Below, in pieces: positions 24,602 through 31,629 of a stretch of 34,240 bases of DNA. Source of the stretch: Solirubrobacteraceae bacterium (lineage in GTDB: Bacteria; Actinomycetota; Thermoleophilia; Solirubrobacterales; Solirubrobacteraceae); assembly GCA_033855575.1 (NCBI GenBank), contig JAWVFY010000309.1, positions 1 through 34,240 on the forward strand. Reading direction: 5' to 3'. The notes under the pieces are model-generated. The model was not told where the DNA came from. It searched no databases and saw only the letters and a program-made list of their open reading frames with translations. The position numbers were made by a program, and so were the translations under genes. The first letter of the stretch is position 1. Each line of letters begins with the position of its first letter.

Positions 24602-26409
24602 CAGGCCGCCTCCACCCCGGGGACCGCGGCAAGGAGCTCGCACGTGTACGGATGGGTGGGCTGCGCGAAGATCTGCTCGACGGTGCCGCGCTCGACCACA
24701 CGGCCGCGCCGCATGACGATCACGTCATCGGCGACCGCCCGCGCGGCCGCCAGGTCATGGGTGACGAAGAGCAGGGCGATGCCGAGCGTCGCGCGCAGGT
24801 GGCAGAGCAGGTTGAGGACCTGGGCCGCCAGCGACACGTCCAGGGCCGACACCGGCTCGTCGCACGCCAGAAGAGCCGGGGGCACCGCGATCGCCCGGGC
24901 GATCGCGGCCCGCTGGCGCTGGCCGCCCGAGAGCCGCCGCGGCATCATCGCGGCCTGCTCCGCCGACAGGCCGACGGCCTCGAAGGCCGCGGCGACGCGT
25001 GCAGGTCGCTCCGTGGCCGGGACGCCGACCGCGGCGAGCCTCTCGGCAACCTGCTCTCCCACCGACATCCATGGTGTCAACGATGCGCCGGCGTCTTGGA
25101 AGATCATCTGCGGCGAGGCGCCGGGACCGAGCCGCATCGAGCCCGCTGTCGGATCCAGCAACCCCACGATCATCCGCAGCAGCGTGCTCTTGCCCGAGCC
25201 GGACTCGCCGACGACTGCCACCGACCCGCCGGGCGGGACGACGAGGTCGATCGCGTCGACGGCGCGCAGCGGCTCTGACGCTGATGCGAACGGATGGCGC
25301 CGGGGACGGGCGAACTCCCGTACGAGTCCCGTGACGGTCAGGGCGGGCTCGAGAGCCGTGCCCGGGATGGATGCGGGAGCCTCCTGAGCCGGCGGGCGAA
25401 GGAGCATGAGGTCGGGCCGCCGCATGTGCGGTCCGCCCTCGGGCCAGCGTGAGAGGACTCCGGGGTGGTGGCACTCGTCGCGCCGGGCGGCCGCGAGGTG
25501 GACGGGCACCGCCAGTGCGCAGCTGGCGTCGCTGGCTGGGCAGCGCGGCGCGAACGCGCAGCCCGCCATCGGCCGGCGCGGGTCGGGAGGCCGACCGGGC
25601 AACGTGGGCAGGTCACCGCCGGCGACCGTGCCGTGCAGGCTCGGGCGGCTGGCCAGCAGCCCGACGGTGTATGGGTGGCGCGCGCCGGCCAGGACCTCGG
25701 GGGTGGTCCCGGTCTCGACGATCCGGCCTGCGTAGGCGACCGCGATCCGGTCACAGATGCGCGCGGCGACACCCAGGTCGTGGGTGACCAGCAGCAGCGA
25801 CACGCCGCGATCGCGCGCGGCGGCCGCGAGCAGGTCGAGCACCTTGGCCTGGACCGTGACGTCGAGCGCGGTCGTCGGCTCGTCGGCGATGATCAGCCGC
25901 GGAGCCCGGGCCAGTGCCATGGCGATCATCACGCGCTGGCGCAGGCCGCCCGACAGCTCGTGCGGATAGGCCCGCGCCTTGACGTGCGGCTCCGGGATGC
26001 CGGTCGATCCAAGCAGCTCGCAGACCGCCTGGGTCGACAGTCCGTCGCCTGCCTCGTCCACCTGTCGCCCCACGCGCATGGTCGGGTTCAGCGAAGCCAT
26101 CGGATCCTGGAAGACCGCGCCGACGTAGGAGCCCCGTCGGGCGCGGCGAGCGTCCTCACCGGCGGACACCATGTCCTCGCCATCGAGACGGACCTCGCCC
26201 CGGATGGTCGGAGCGGGATCGCGCGGGAGGAGGCCGAGCGCGGTCAGTCCGAGCACGCTCTTGCCAGATCCCGACTCGCCGACCAGGCCGAGGACCTCCC
26301 CCTCGGCGATCGCCAACGTCGCTCCACGCAGGGCGTGGACGTCGCCGTCACGAGCAGCGAACGTGACGTGCAGGTCGCGCACGTCGAGAACGGGGACCGG
26401 CCGAGTCAA
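24601..26409 (-). CDS. Fused double-NBD ABC ATPase (DppD-DppF type)
   Basis: A 602-aa protein. It has two Walker A motifs (both GESGSGKS), two signature motifs (LSGGLRQR and LSGGQRQR) and two HPYT oligopeptide-type C-terminal motifs. The TTG start at 26407-26409 overlaps the upstream TGA (TTGA). Confidence 0.9.
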   Translation of the reverse strand: MTRPVPVLDVRDLHVTFAARDGDVHALRGATLAIAEGEVLGLVGESGSGKSVLGLTALGLLPRDPAPTIRGEVRLDGEDMVSAGEDARRARRGSYVGAVFQDPMASLNPTMRVGRQVDEAGDGLSTQAVCELLGSTGIPEPHVKARAYPHELSGGLRQRVMIAMALARAPRLIIADEPTTALDVTVQAKVLDLLAAAARDRGVSLLLVTHDLGVAARICDRIAVAYAGRIVETGTTPEVLAGARHPYTVGLLASRPSLHGTVAGGDLPTLPGRPPDPRRPMAGCAFAPRCPASDASCALAVPVHLAAARRDECHHPGVLSRWPEGGPHMRRPDLMLLRPPAQEAPASIPGTALEPALTVTGLVREFARPRRHPFASASEPLRAVDAIDLVVPPGGSVAVVGESGSGKSTLLRMIVGLLDPTAGSMRLGPGASPQMIFQDAGASLTPWMSVGEQVAERLAAVGVPATERPARVAAAFEAVGLSAEQAAMMPRRLSGGQRQRAAIARAIAVPPALLACDEPVSALDVSLAAQVLNLLCHLRATLGIALLFVTHDLAAARAVADDVIVMRRGRVVERGTVEQIFAQPTHPYTCELLAAVPGVEAA

Positions 26410-27011
26410 ACGCCGACCCTGGCGGGCTCTGCGGCGCCGAGGGCACTGAGCAGCTCGGCGGTCGTGACGAGGCAGTCGCGCTGCAGGTAGCGCATCGCCC
26501 GCAGAGACGCCTCGTGCGCCTCCGGCGAGGAGCCGCCGGTGGCGTCAGTGACGACCTTGCAGTGGTAGTCGTGTTGATGGGCGTCGGCGAACGTGTAGTG
26601 GACGCAGACGTCGGTCAGACCGCCGAGAAGCACGACGGTCTCGATGCCCAGCGACTTCAGGACGAGCTCGAGCTCGGTGGCGAAGAACGCCGAATAGCGG
26701 CGCTTGCGGATGTGGTACTCGTCGGCCCGCGGCTCGAGTCCGCTCGCGAGCTCGGTCAGCTCGTCGCCTTCGAGGCAGTGCACGGTCTCGCTGCCGTCGA
26801 GCTCGCGGCCGAAGTCGAGCAGCGTGCGCTTGTGGACCTCCTGAATGAAGATCGGCGGGACCGCCGCCTCACGGGCCGCCGCCAGGATCTGGCGTGCTCG
26901 ATCGACCCGCTCGGGCCCACCGGGCATCAGCGGGATGCCGCACTCGACATCGAGCTCGGCGGACCGCTGGACATCCACCAGGATGAGAGCCGTGTTGCCG
27001 ATCAGTTCCAA
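26406..27011 (-). CDS. Isochorismatase-like cysteine hydrolase (amidohydrolase)
   Basis: A 201-aa protein. Candidates for the D-K-C triad are ALILVDVQ (Asp), HIRKRRYSAF (Lys) and GGLTDVCVHYT (Cys). The TTG start at 27009-27011 lies 6 nt after AAGGAG (27018-27023). It is the first gene after the riboswitch. Confidence 0.85.
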   Translation of the reverse strand: MELIGNTALILVDVQRSAELDVECGIPLMPGGPERVDRARQILAAAREAAVPPIFIQEVHKRTLLDFGRELDGSETVHCLEGDELTELASGLEPRADEYHIRKRRYSAFFATELELVLKSLGIETVVLLGGLTDVCVHYTFADAHQHDYHCKVVTDATGGSSPEAHEASLRAMRYLQRDCLVTTAELLSALGAAEPARVGV

Positions 27012-27023
27012 GCCAAGCTCCTT

Positions 27024-27063
27024 AGAAATCAGAAAAGCCCGGCAGACGTGATGTCTCCCGGGC
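27024..27063 (-). terminator. Intrinsic terminator acting as the riboswitch expression platform
   Basis: The RNA reads GCCCGG-GAGAC-AUCAC-GUCUG-CCGGGC followed by UUUUCUGAUUUCU. The 5' arm (GCCCGG, + strand 27058-27063) is part of the conserved AAAAGCCCGGGAGA 3' end of the aptamer, so the aptamer and the terminator are mutually exclusive. Confidence 0.7.
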
Positions 27064-27165
27064 TTTTATCCCTCCGTGTCAGCGCGGCTATGTCGATGCC
27101 GGCCTGCCCTCTCGGACCAGACCCGCCGGTTGCCCGGCGGCGGAACCCTAGGGCGAACGTCACGA
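27054..27165 (-). promoter_or_regulatory. Guanidine-I (ykkC/yxkD) riboswitch aptamer
   Basis: The minus-strand RNA is CGUUCGCC-CUAGGGUUCCG-CCGCCGG-GCAA-CCGGCGG-GUCU-GGUCCGAGAG-GGCAGGCCGGCAUCGACAUAGCCGCGCUG-ACACGGAGGGAUAAAAGCCCGGGAGA. All three hallmark conserved blocks of the ykkC class are present in the correct order: CUAGGGUUCCG at 27141-27151, GGUCCGAGAG at 27109-27118, and ACACGGAGGGAUAAAAGCCCGGGAGA at 27054-27079. There is also a GNRA-capped P1a hairpin. Confidence 0.88.
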
Positions 27166-27189
27166 TAAGAAGCCCGCGCTCGCAGACCC

Positions 27190-27205
27190 TTGGACCCGGG
27201 TCCAA
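27190..27205. promoter_or_regulatory. Perfect 16-bp palindrome TTGGACCCGGGTCCAA upstream of the riboswitch (possible operator or promoter element)
   Basis: The palindrome was read directly. A related imperfect site, TTGGACCGGCTGGCCAA, lies at 27222-27238. Both are in the putative promoter region, about 25-75 nt upstream of the aptamer. No function has been shown. Confidence 0.3.
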
Positions 27206-27388
27206 ATTCGGCGCGTCATCTTTGGACCGGCTGGCCAACGAGCCTCGAGGAGGCCGTGTCTAGCTTGCGCGTGTGTTCTACGTCCGTACCGTGGCCGCCG
27301 CGTTGGGACACGAGAAGCAGCACGCTCCTGCACCGGCGGTGTGGCGAATCTCCGCGCGCATCGACAGCGTCGTGCGCCGACTAGCTCA

Positions 27389-27497
27389 TCACGTTTCGAG
27401 CGGGCGGGAGATGAAGTAGCCCTCGGCGAGGTCGCAGTTGAGCGTTCTCGTCGAGGAGCGCCGTCTCGGTGACCTCGACGGTGAGGCTCTGCCCCAT
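27389..27497 (-). pseudogene. Relic of an EAL-domain (c-di-GMP phosphodiesterase) gene with an internal deletion
   Basis: One minus-strand frame reads MGQSLTVEVTETALLDENAQL, an E-x-TE block typical of EAL domains. A second frame then reads directly on as ..LNCDLAEGYFISRPLET*, like the C-terminal GCDxxQGYxxSRP block of EAL domains. The roughly 150 aa normally separating these blocks are absent. Confidence 0.45.
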
Positions 27498-27518
27498 GGC
27501 GCCACCGCGCAGAGGTCT

Positions 27519-28928
27519 CTACCGCGGCGGCAGCGGCTCGAGCCGCGGGTAGTAGGTCGGCGTGGGACCGAACCGCAGGGGCGGCTGCACGTGACAGGGC
27601 GGCCCCGCGCCGGGGACGGGCGTCGGGTGGTTGACGTTGGCGCAGTCGGAGGCCGCGATCCCGTCCTTGCCGACCGCATCGAGCACGCCCGGCGCCGGAT
27701 AGGCGTTGTGGCGGTTGCTCCCCGGCCGCTGGGTCGCGCTCCCCACGTTGCTCTCGTTGGAGAACGCCAGCAACGTGCGCAGGTAGTGGATCATCGTCCC
27801 GTCGGCCAGCTGCGTCTTGGCCTGATAGACCGCGCCGAGATTGGCCAACACCGTCGTCATCGTCGGTCCGTAGAGCTGGGTCAGCTCGACCGCGGGGGTC
27901 ACCTGGTCGGCAGCGGTCTCGAGTTGATCGATGAACGGGACGGTGGCTGACACGAGCCGCGTGGCGGCGGGCAGCGCGCGCTCGGAGAGGTCGATGACGG
28001 GACCGATCTCCCGCATGAGGCCACGGATCGCCGGCGACAGGGCGATCAGCTCCGACAGGACCGGCCGCAACAGCGGGGCGGCCGGCCTCAGCGCGGCCAG
28101 CGTCGGCGCGGCGTGGGCGCCGGTCGTGTCGAGCACGCGCAGCGTCGAGCGCAGCTGGTCGAGGAACGGCGGGAGCGCCCGGACGGTGGCGGTCAGCTCG
28201 CGGTTGCGCGCGGCGGTGCTGGAGAGCACGCGGTCTCCGGCACCGACGAGCGTCGCCAGGTCGGCACGGCGGTCGCCCAGCGTCTGGAGCACGACGCCGG
28301 TATCGCGGATCACCCGCCGGAACGAGCTGCCCTGGCGGTCGACGATCGAGGCGACGTCAGCGAACGAGCCGACCGCCGGGTCCAGGTTGCCGAGCGCCGA
28401 GTTGAGATCGGTGCCGCGGCCCTGCAGCGCAGCGGACAGGCCCTGCAGCATCCGGCGCAGGTTGCGCTGCGTGGGGGCGTCGAACGTGCCGAGGACCGTG
28501 TCGAGCTGCTGCGTGCCGGCGATCCGGCTGTCGGCCAGCCGGCCGCCCTCGGGCACCTTCCGAGCGCTCGCGCTTCCGGGCGTCAGCGCCACGAACGTCT
28601 CCCCCAGCAGCGTCTTCTGCCGCAGGATCGCCCGGGCGTCGGACGACAGCGGTGCGTACCTGGCGTCGAGCTCGATGGTCGCGTCGGCGCGCAGGCCTCG
28701 CCGGCGCACGGCGACCACCCGCCCGACGTTGACGCCCGCCATCCGCACGTCGGCCCGGGCCACGAGCTCGCTGGCCTGCGTGAAGCTGGCGTGGAAGCGA
28801 TAGCCCCTGGGGTACAGGGGAAGGCTTCCCCCGAACTGCGTCCAGACGTAGATGATCAGACCCACGCAGGCGAGCACGAAGAGCCCCGCGACGGCCATGG
28901 CGGAGCGATGGGGAGCCTGGGTGATCAT
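27519..28928 (-). CDS. Mce-family (MlaD-domain) protein, last of the mce array
   Basis: A 469-aa protein. It has an N-terminal TM segment (MAVAGLFVLACVGLIIYV) and the Mce domain YRFHASFTQASELVARADVRMAGVNVGRVVAV. A long helical region and a Pro-rich tail follow. Confidence 0.85.
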   Translation of the reverse strand: MITQAPHRSAMAVAGLFVLACVGLIIYVWTQFGGSLPLYPRGYRFHASFTQASELVARADVRMAGVNVGRVVAVRRRGLRADATIELDARYAPLSSDARAILRQKTLLGETFVALTPGSASARKVPEGGRLADSRIAGTQQLDTVLGTFDAPTQRNLRRMLQGLSAALQGRGTDLNSALGNLDPAVGSFADVASIVDRQGSSFRRVIRDTGVVLQTLGDRRADLATLVGAGDRVLSSTAARNRELTATVRALPPFLDQLRSTLRVLDTTGAHAAPTLAALRPAAPLLRPVLSELIALSPAIRGLMREIGPVIDLSERALPAATRLVSATVPFIDQLETAADQVTPAVELTQLYGPTMTTVLANLGAVYQAKTQLADGTMIHYLRTLLAFSNESNVGSATQRPGSNRHNAYPAPGVLDAVGKDGIAASDCANVNHPTPVPGAGPPCHVQPPLRFGPTPTYYPRLEPLPPR

Positions 28929-28935
28929 GCGGCGC

Positions 28936-30219
28936 TCATCCCTGCCCCCCCGCGCACGGACCGGTGGGTCCGAGCGTGACCTTCAGGAGGTCGGCCAGCG
29001 CCGGCTGGGCGGTCAGGCTCGTGCACGAGAGCAGCGTCAGACCGCGCAGGACGGCGCCGTTGGGATCCTCGGTGGACACGACCGAGTTGGCGTTGTGGCC
29101 GAACCACGCCAGCCAGTACAGGAACGAGTGCGCGCGCCCCGGTGGCTGGTAGGCCAGCTCGTTGACGAACGCCTCGATGACCTTGAACGCCGTGGTCTGC
29201 GGCCCCGCCGCACGGCTGAGTGCGCTCGTGGTGGCGGGCAGCGACTTGGCGAGCGGCAGGATCGTGTCGACGAACGGCTTGACGTCGGCCACCGGCAGCA
29301 GCCCACCACCCTGCAACAGCGGCCGGCTTCCCCGCAGCGTCGGCGCCAGGCGCCGCGCGGTCGGCAGCAGCGCGTCCAGCGTCGGCGCCAGCAGGTCGGC
29401 GAGCTGGGTCGTGTGGCCGAGGGTGCTGCGGAGGGTCCGCAGCGTCGGCGGCAGCTGGGCGACCGAGCTGCGCAGGGCGCCGTCCTGCTGGGCCAGGGCG
29501 CCGAGCATCGCGTTGCTGGCACCGACCACGGTGGCGATCTCGCGGTCCTTGGCGCCGGCGGCGCGGCTGAGCAGCGAGAGGTTGGTCACCAGCCGCTTGA
29601 CCTGGCGCCGGCGTGCGGCGAGCACGTCGCCGACATCGCGCACCTGGGTCATGGTCGGGCCCAGCGAGCGAAACAGCGCGTTGAGGTCGGGACCGCGGCC
29701 CCGGGTGCCGCGGTCGAGGCCCGACAGCAACGTGACGATGTACGTCCGCGTGTCGGCGTCCAGCGCGTTGAGCAGGTCGTCGGCGTCGATCGGCGTGGTG
29801 GTCTGGCCGACGGGAATGGTCGCGCCGTCGCGCAGGGGCGGCGCGGGCCTGCCGCCCGGCACGAGGTTGACCTGCATGTCCTTCAGCGGTGAGCTCGGGA
29901 CGAGGACGGCACGGGCGTTGGCGTAGAGCCGCGGCAGCTTCTGGGGGTCGATCTTCAGCTCCAGGACGCCCTGGCCGTTCTCGAGCTTCGCGCCGCCGAT
30001 CTGGCCGACCTGGACGCCGGAGACGTTGACCGGCTCCCCCAGCCCGGGTGCCACGCCGGTGACGCCGGCGAACGCCGCGTAGACCGTGTAGGAGGACGCG
30101 AAGGGCGACTGCAGCCGTTCCTGGGACAGGATGTAGAAGGCAGAGGCCAGGCCGGCGACGACGACCGCGGCGAGCAGCAGGATCCTTCCGACGCTGCGCT
30201 GGATCTGGCGGCGGAACAT
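28936..30219 (-). CDS. Mce-family (MlaD-domain) protein
   Basis: A 427-aa protein. It has the TM segment RILLLAAVVVAGLASAFYIL and the Mce domain YTVYAAFAGVTGVAPGLGEPVNVSGVQVGQIGG. Its ATG directly abuts the TAG of the upstream gene (TAGATG). Confidence 0.85.
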   Translation of the reverse strand: MFRRQIQRSVGRILLLAAVVVAGLASAFYILSQERLQSPFASSYTVYAAFAGVTGVAPGLGEPVNVSGVQVGQIGGAKLENGQGVLELKIDPQKLPRLYANARAVLVPSSPLKDMQVNLVPGGRPAPPLRDGATIPVGQTTTPIDADDLLNALDADTRTYIVTLLSGLDRGTRGRGPDLNALFRSLGPTMTQVRDVGDVLAARRRQVKRLVTNLSLLSRAAGAKDREIATVVGASNAMLGALAQQDGALRSSVAQLPPTLRTLRSTLGHTTQLADLLAPTLDALLPTARRLAPTLRGSRPLLQGGGLLPVADVKPFVDTILPLAKSLPATTSALSRAAGPQTTAFKVIEAFVNELAYQPPGRAHSFLYWLAWFGHNANSVVSTEDPNGAVLRGLTLLSCTSLTAQPALADLLKVTLGPTGPCAGGQG

Positions 30220-31629
30220 CTAGCGCCCTGCCCCCTGGGTCGAGAGGCCGGCCGAGCCGGTGTCGGCCTGCAGGCTGGTGACGGGCTGCGCGCTGCAGGG
30301 CTGGGCGGGCTGGAAGTCCGAGGGCTGGAGGCGGCCGTTCCACACCGGCCGGGCCCCGCCGATCGGCGAGCCTCCCGGCTGCGCTCCGGTCAGGGCGCCG
30401 GCGCCGGACAGCGAGCCGGCGCTCAGCACCTGAGGTCCGGTACCCGACTGGTAGCGCAGCGCGTAGCCGTTGCCGTCGAAGTTCTGGGCTGCGCTGGCGA
30501 TGCCGGGCAGGAGGTGGGCGAGGTCCTGCCAGGCGGGCCGTCCGGTCGACAGCGCGCCGTCGGGGACCTCCTGGGTGAGAACGGGGACGACGTGAGACAC
30601 CACGCAGTCGGTGATCGGCTTGGCCGTGGACACCGTCTGGCTCAGGCGGATCAGCAGCCGGGGGAAGCTGACCAGGGCGGCGCGCGTGGCGCTGACGAGT
30701 CGGCTGCGCTCCGCGGGCGCGACGAGGCTGCCGAACTCCTGCACCCCGGCGAGGAGCCGGCGCAGCAGCGGCGGCGCGTCGACCAGCCCGGGGTCCAGCA
30801 CGCGGGCGAACCGCGAGAGTGCGGGCAGCGCCCGGTCGACGGCCGTGAGCGCGGGCGGCGCGGCGCGCATCACGCGCGCCAGCTCGACCAGCCCCGCGCC
30901 GAGGGCACCGTCCCGGGCGGACAGCGCGGTCGCTGTCGTGTCGAGGTTGGTCACCAGGCCCGCCAGCGCCGTCTCGTCGGCGGCCAGCGCCCCGGTGACC
31001 CGCGAGGTGCCGGCGATCAGGCCGGAGAGGTCGTGCTCGTGGGCCCCGCGCAGGGCCTGGGCGACGATCGCGATGTCGCGCAGCGCCGGCGAGAGCGGCC
31101 GGCTCGCGCCCTGCAGGCCGCGAGCCCCGCCGTGCGCCAGCGCCTGCGCCGAGGTGTGCAGGACGTTGCGCAGGCTCGCGCGCGTCGGGCGCTGGAAGGT
31201 CGACAGGAGCTGGTAGAGCTGGACCGCGGACTGGGTCTGCGGCAGGGGGATCGTGTCGCCGTCCTTCATCGGCGGCGCGCTCGGACTGCCGGGCGCGAGC
31301 GCGACGTAGTAGCCACCTTCGACGAACAGCCGAGGCCGCACCCGGAGCGTCGCGTCGCGATGGATCGGCAGCGCGCGCTCGTCGAGCTCCATGTTGACCT
31401 TCGTGGTGGCGCCGGGGCCCGACTCGACCGAGGTGACCTTGCCGACGTTGATCCCCGCGATGCGGACCGGCGAGAGGACCCGCAGCGCGTTGCTGTCGGT
31501 CATCAGGGCGTGGATGCGGAAGCCGTGGACGAGCGGCGGGCCGTTGTTGAACGCGTAGTAGGAGACCCCGGCGATCACGGCGATCGTGATGACTGCGGCC
31601 GCGATGGGGTGCCGGGCCCGCCGCCTCAT
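30220..31629 (-). CDS. Mce-family (MlaD-domain) protein
   Basis: A 469-aa protein starting MRRRARHPIAAAVITIAVIAGVSYY. The Mce domain is FRIHALMTDSNALRVLSPVRIAGINVGKVTSV. The ATG at 31627-31629 overlaps the upstream stop (ATGA). The ORF-track extension to 31893 is discarded. Confidence 0.85.
   Translation of the reverse strand: MRRRARHPIAAAVITIAVIAGVSYYAFNNGPPLVHGFRIHALMTDSNALRVLSPVRIAGINVGKVTSVESGPGATTKVNMELDERALPIHRDATLRVRPRLFVEGGYYVALAPGSPSAPPMKDGDTIPLPQTQSAVQLYQLLSTFQRPTRASLRNVLHTSAQALAHGGARGLQGASRPLSPALRDIAIVAQALRGAHEHDLSGLIAGTSRVTGALAADETALAGLVTNLDTTATALSARDGALGAGLVELARVMRAAPPALTAVDRALPALSRFARVLDPGLVDAPPLLRRLLAGVQEFGSLVAPAERSRLVSATRAALVSFPRLLIRLSQTVSTAKPITDCVVSHVVPVLTQEVPDGALSTGRPAWQDLAHLLPGIASAAQNFDGNGYALRYQSGTGPQVLSAGSLSGAGALTGAQPGGSPIGGARPVWNGRLQPSDFQPAQPCSAQPVTSLQADTGSAGLSTQGAGR

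Noticed and set aside
27190-27384. A 64-aa plus-strand ORF in the intergenic region between the EAL relic and the riboswitch.
   Set aside because: It has no RBS and no recognisable motif. It starts inside the palindrome and lies in a probable promoter and deletion-scar region.
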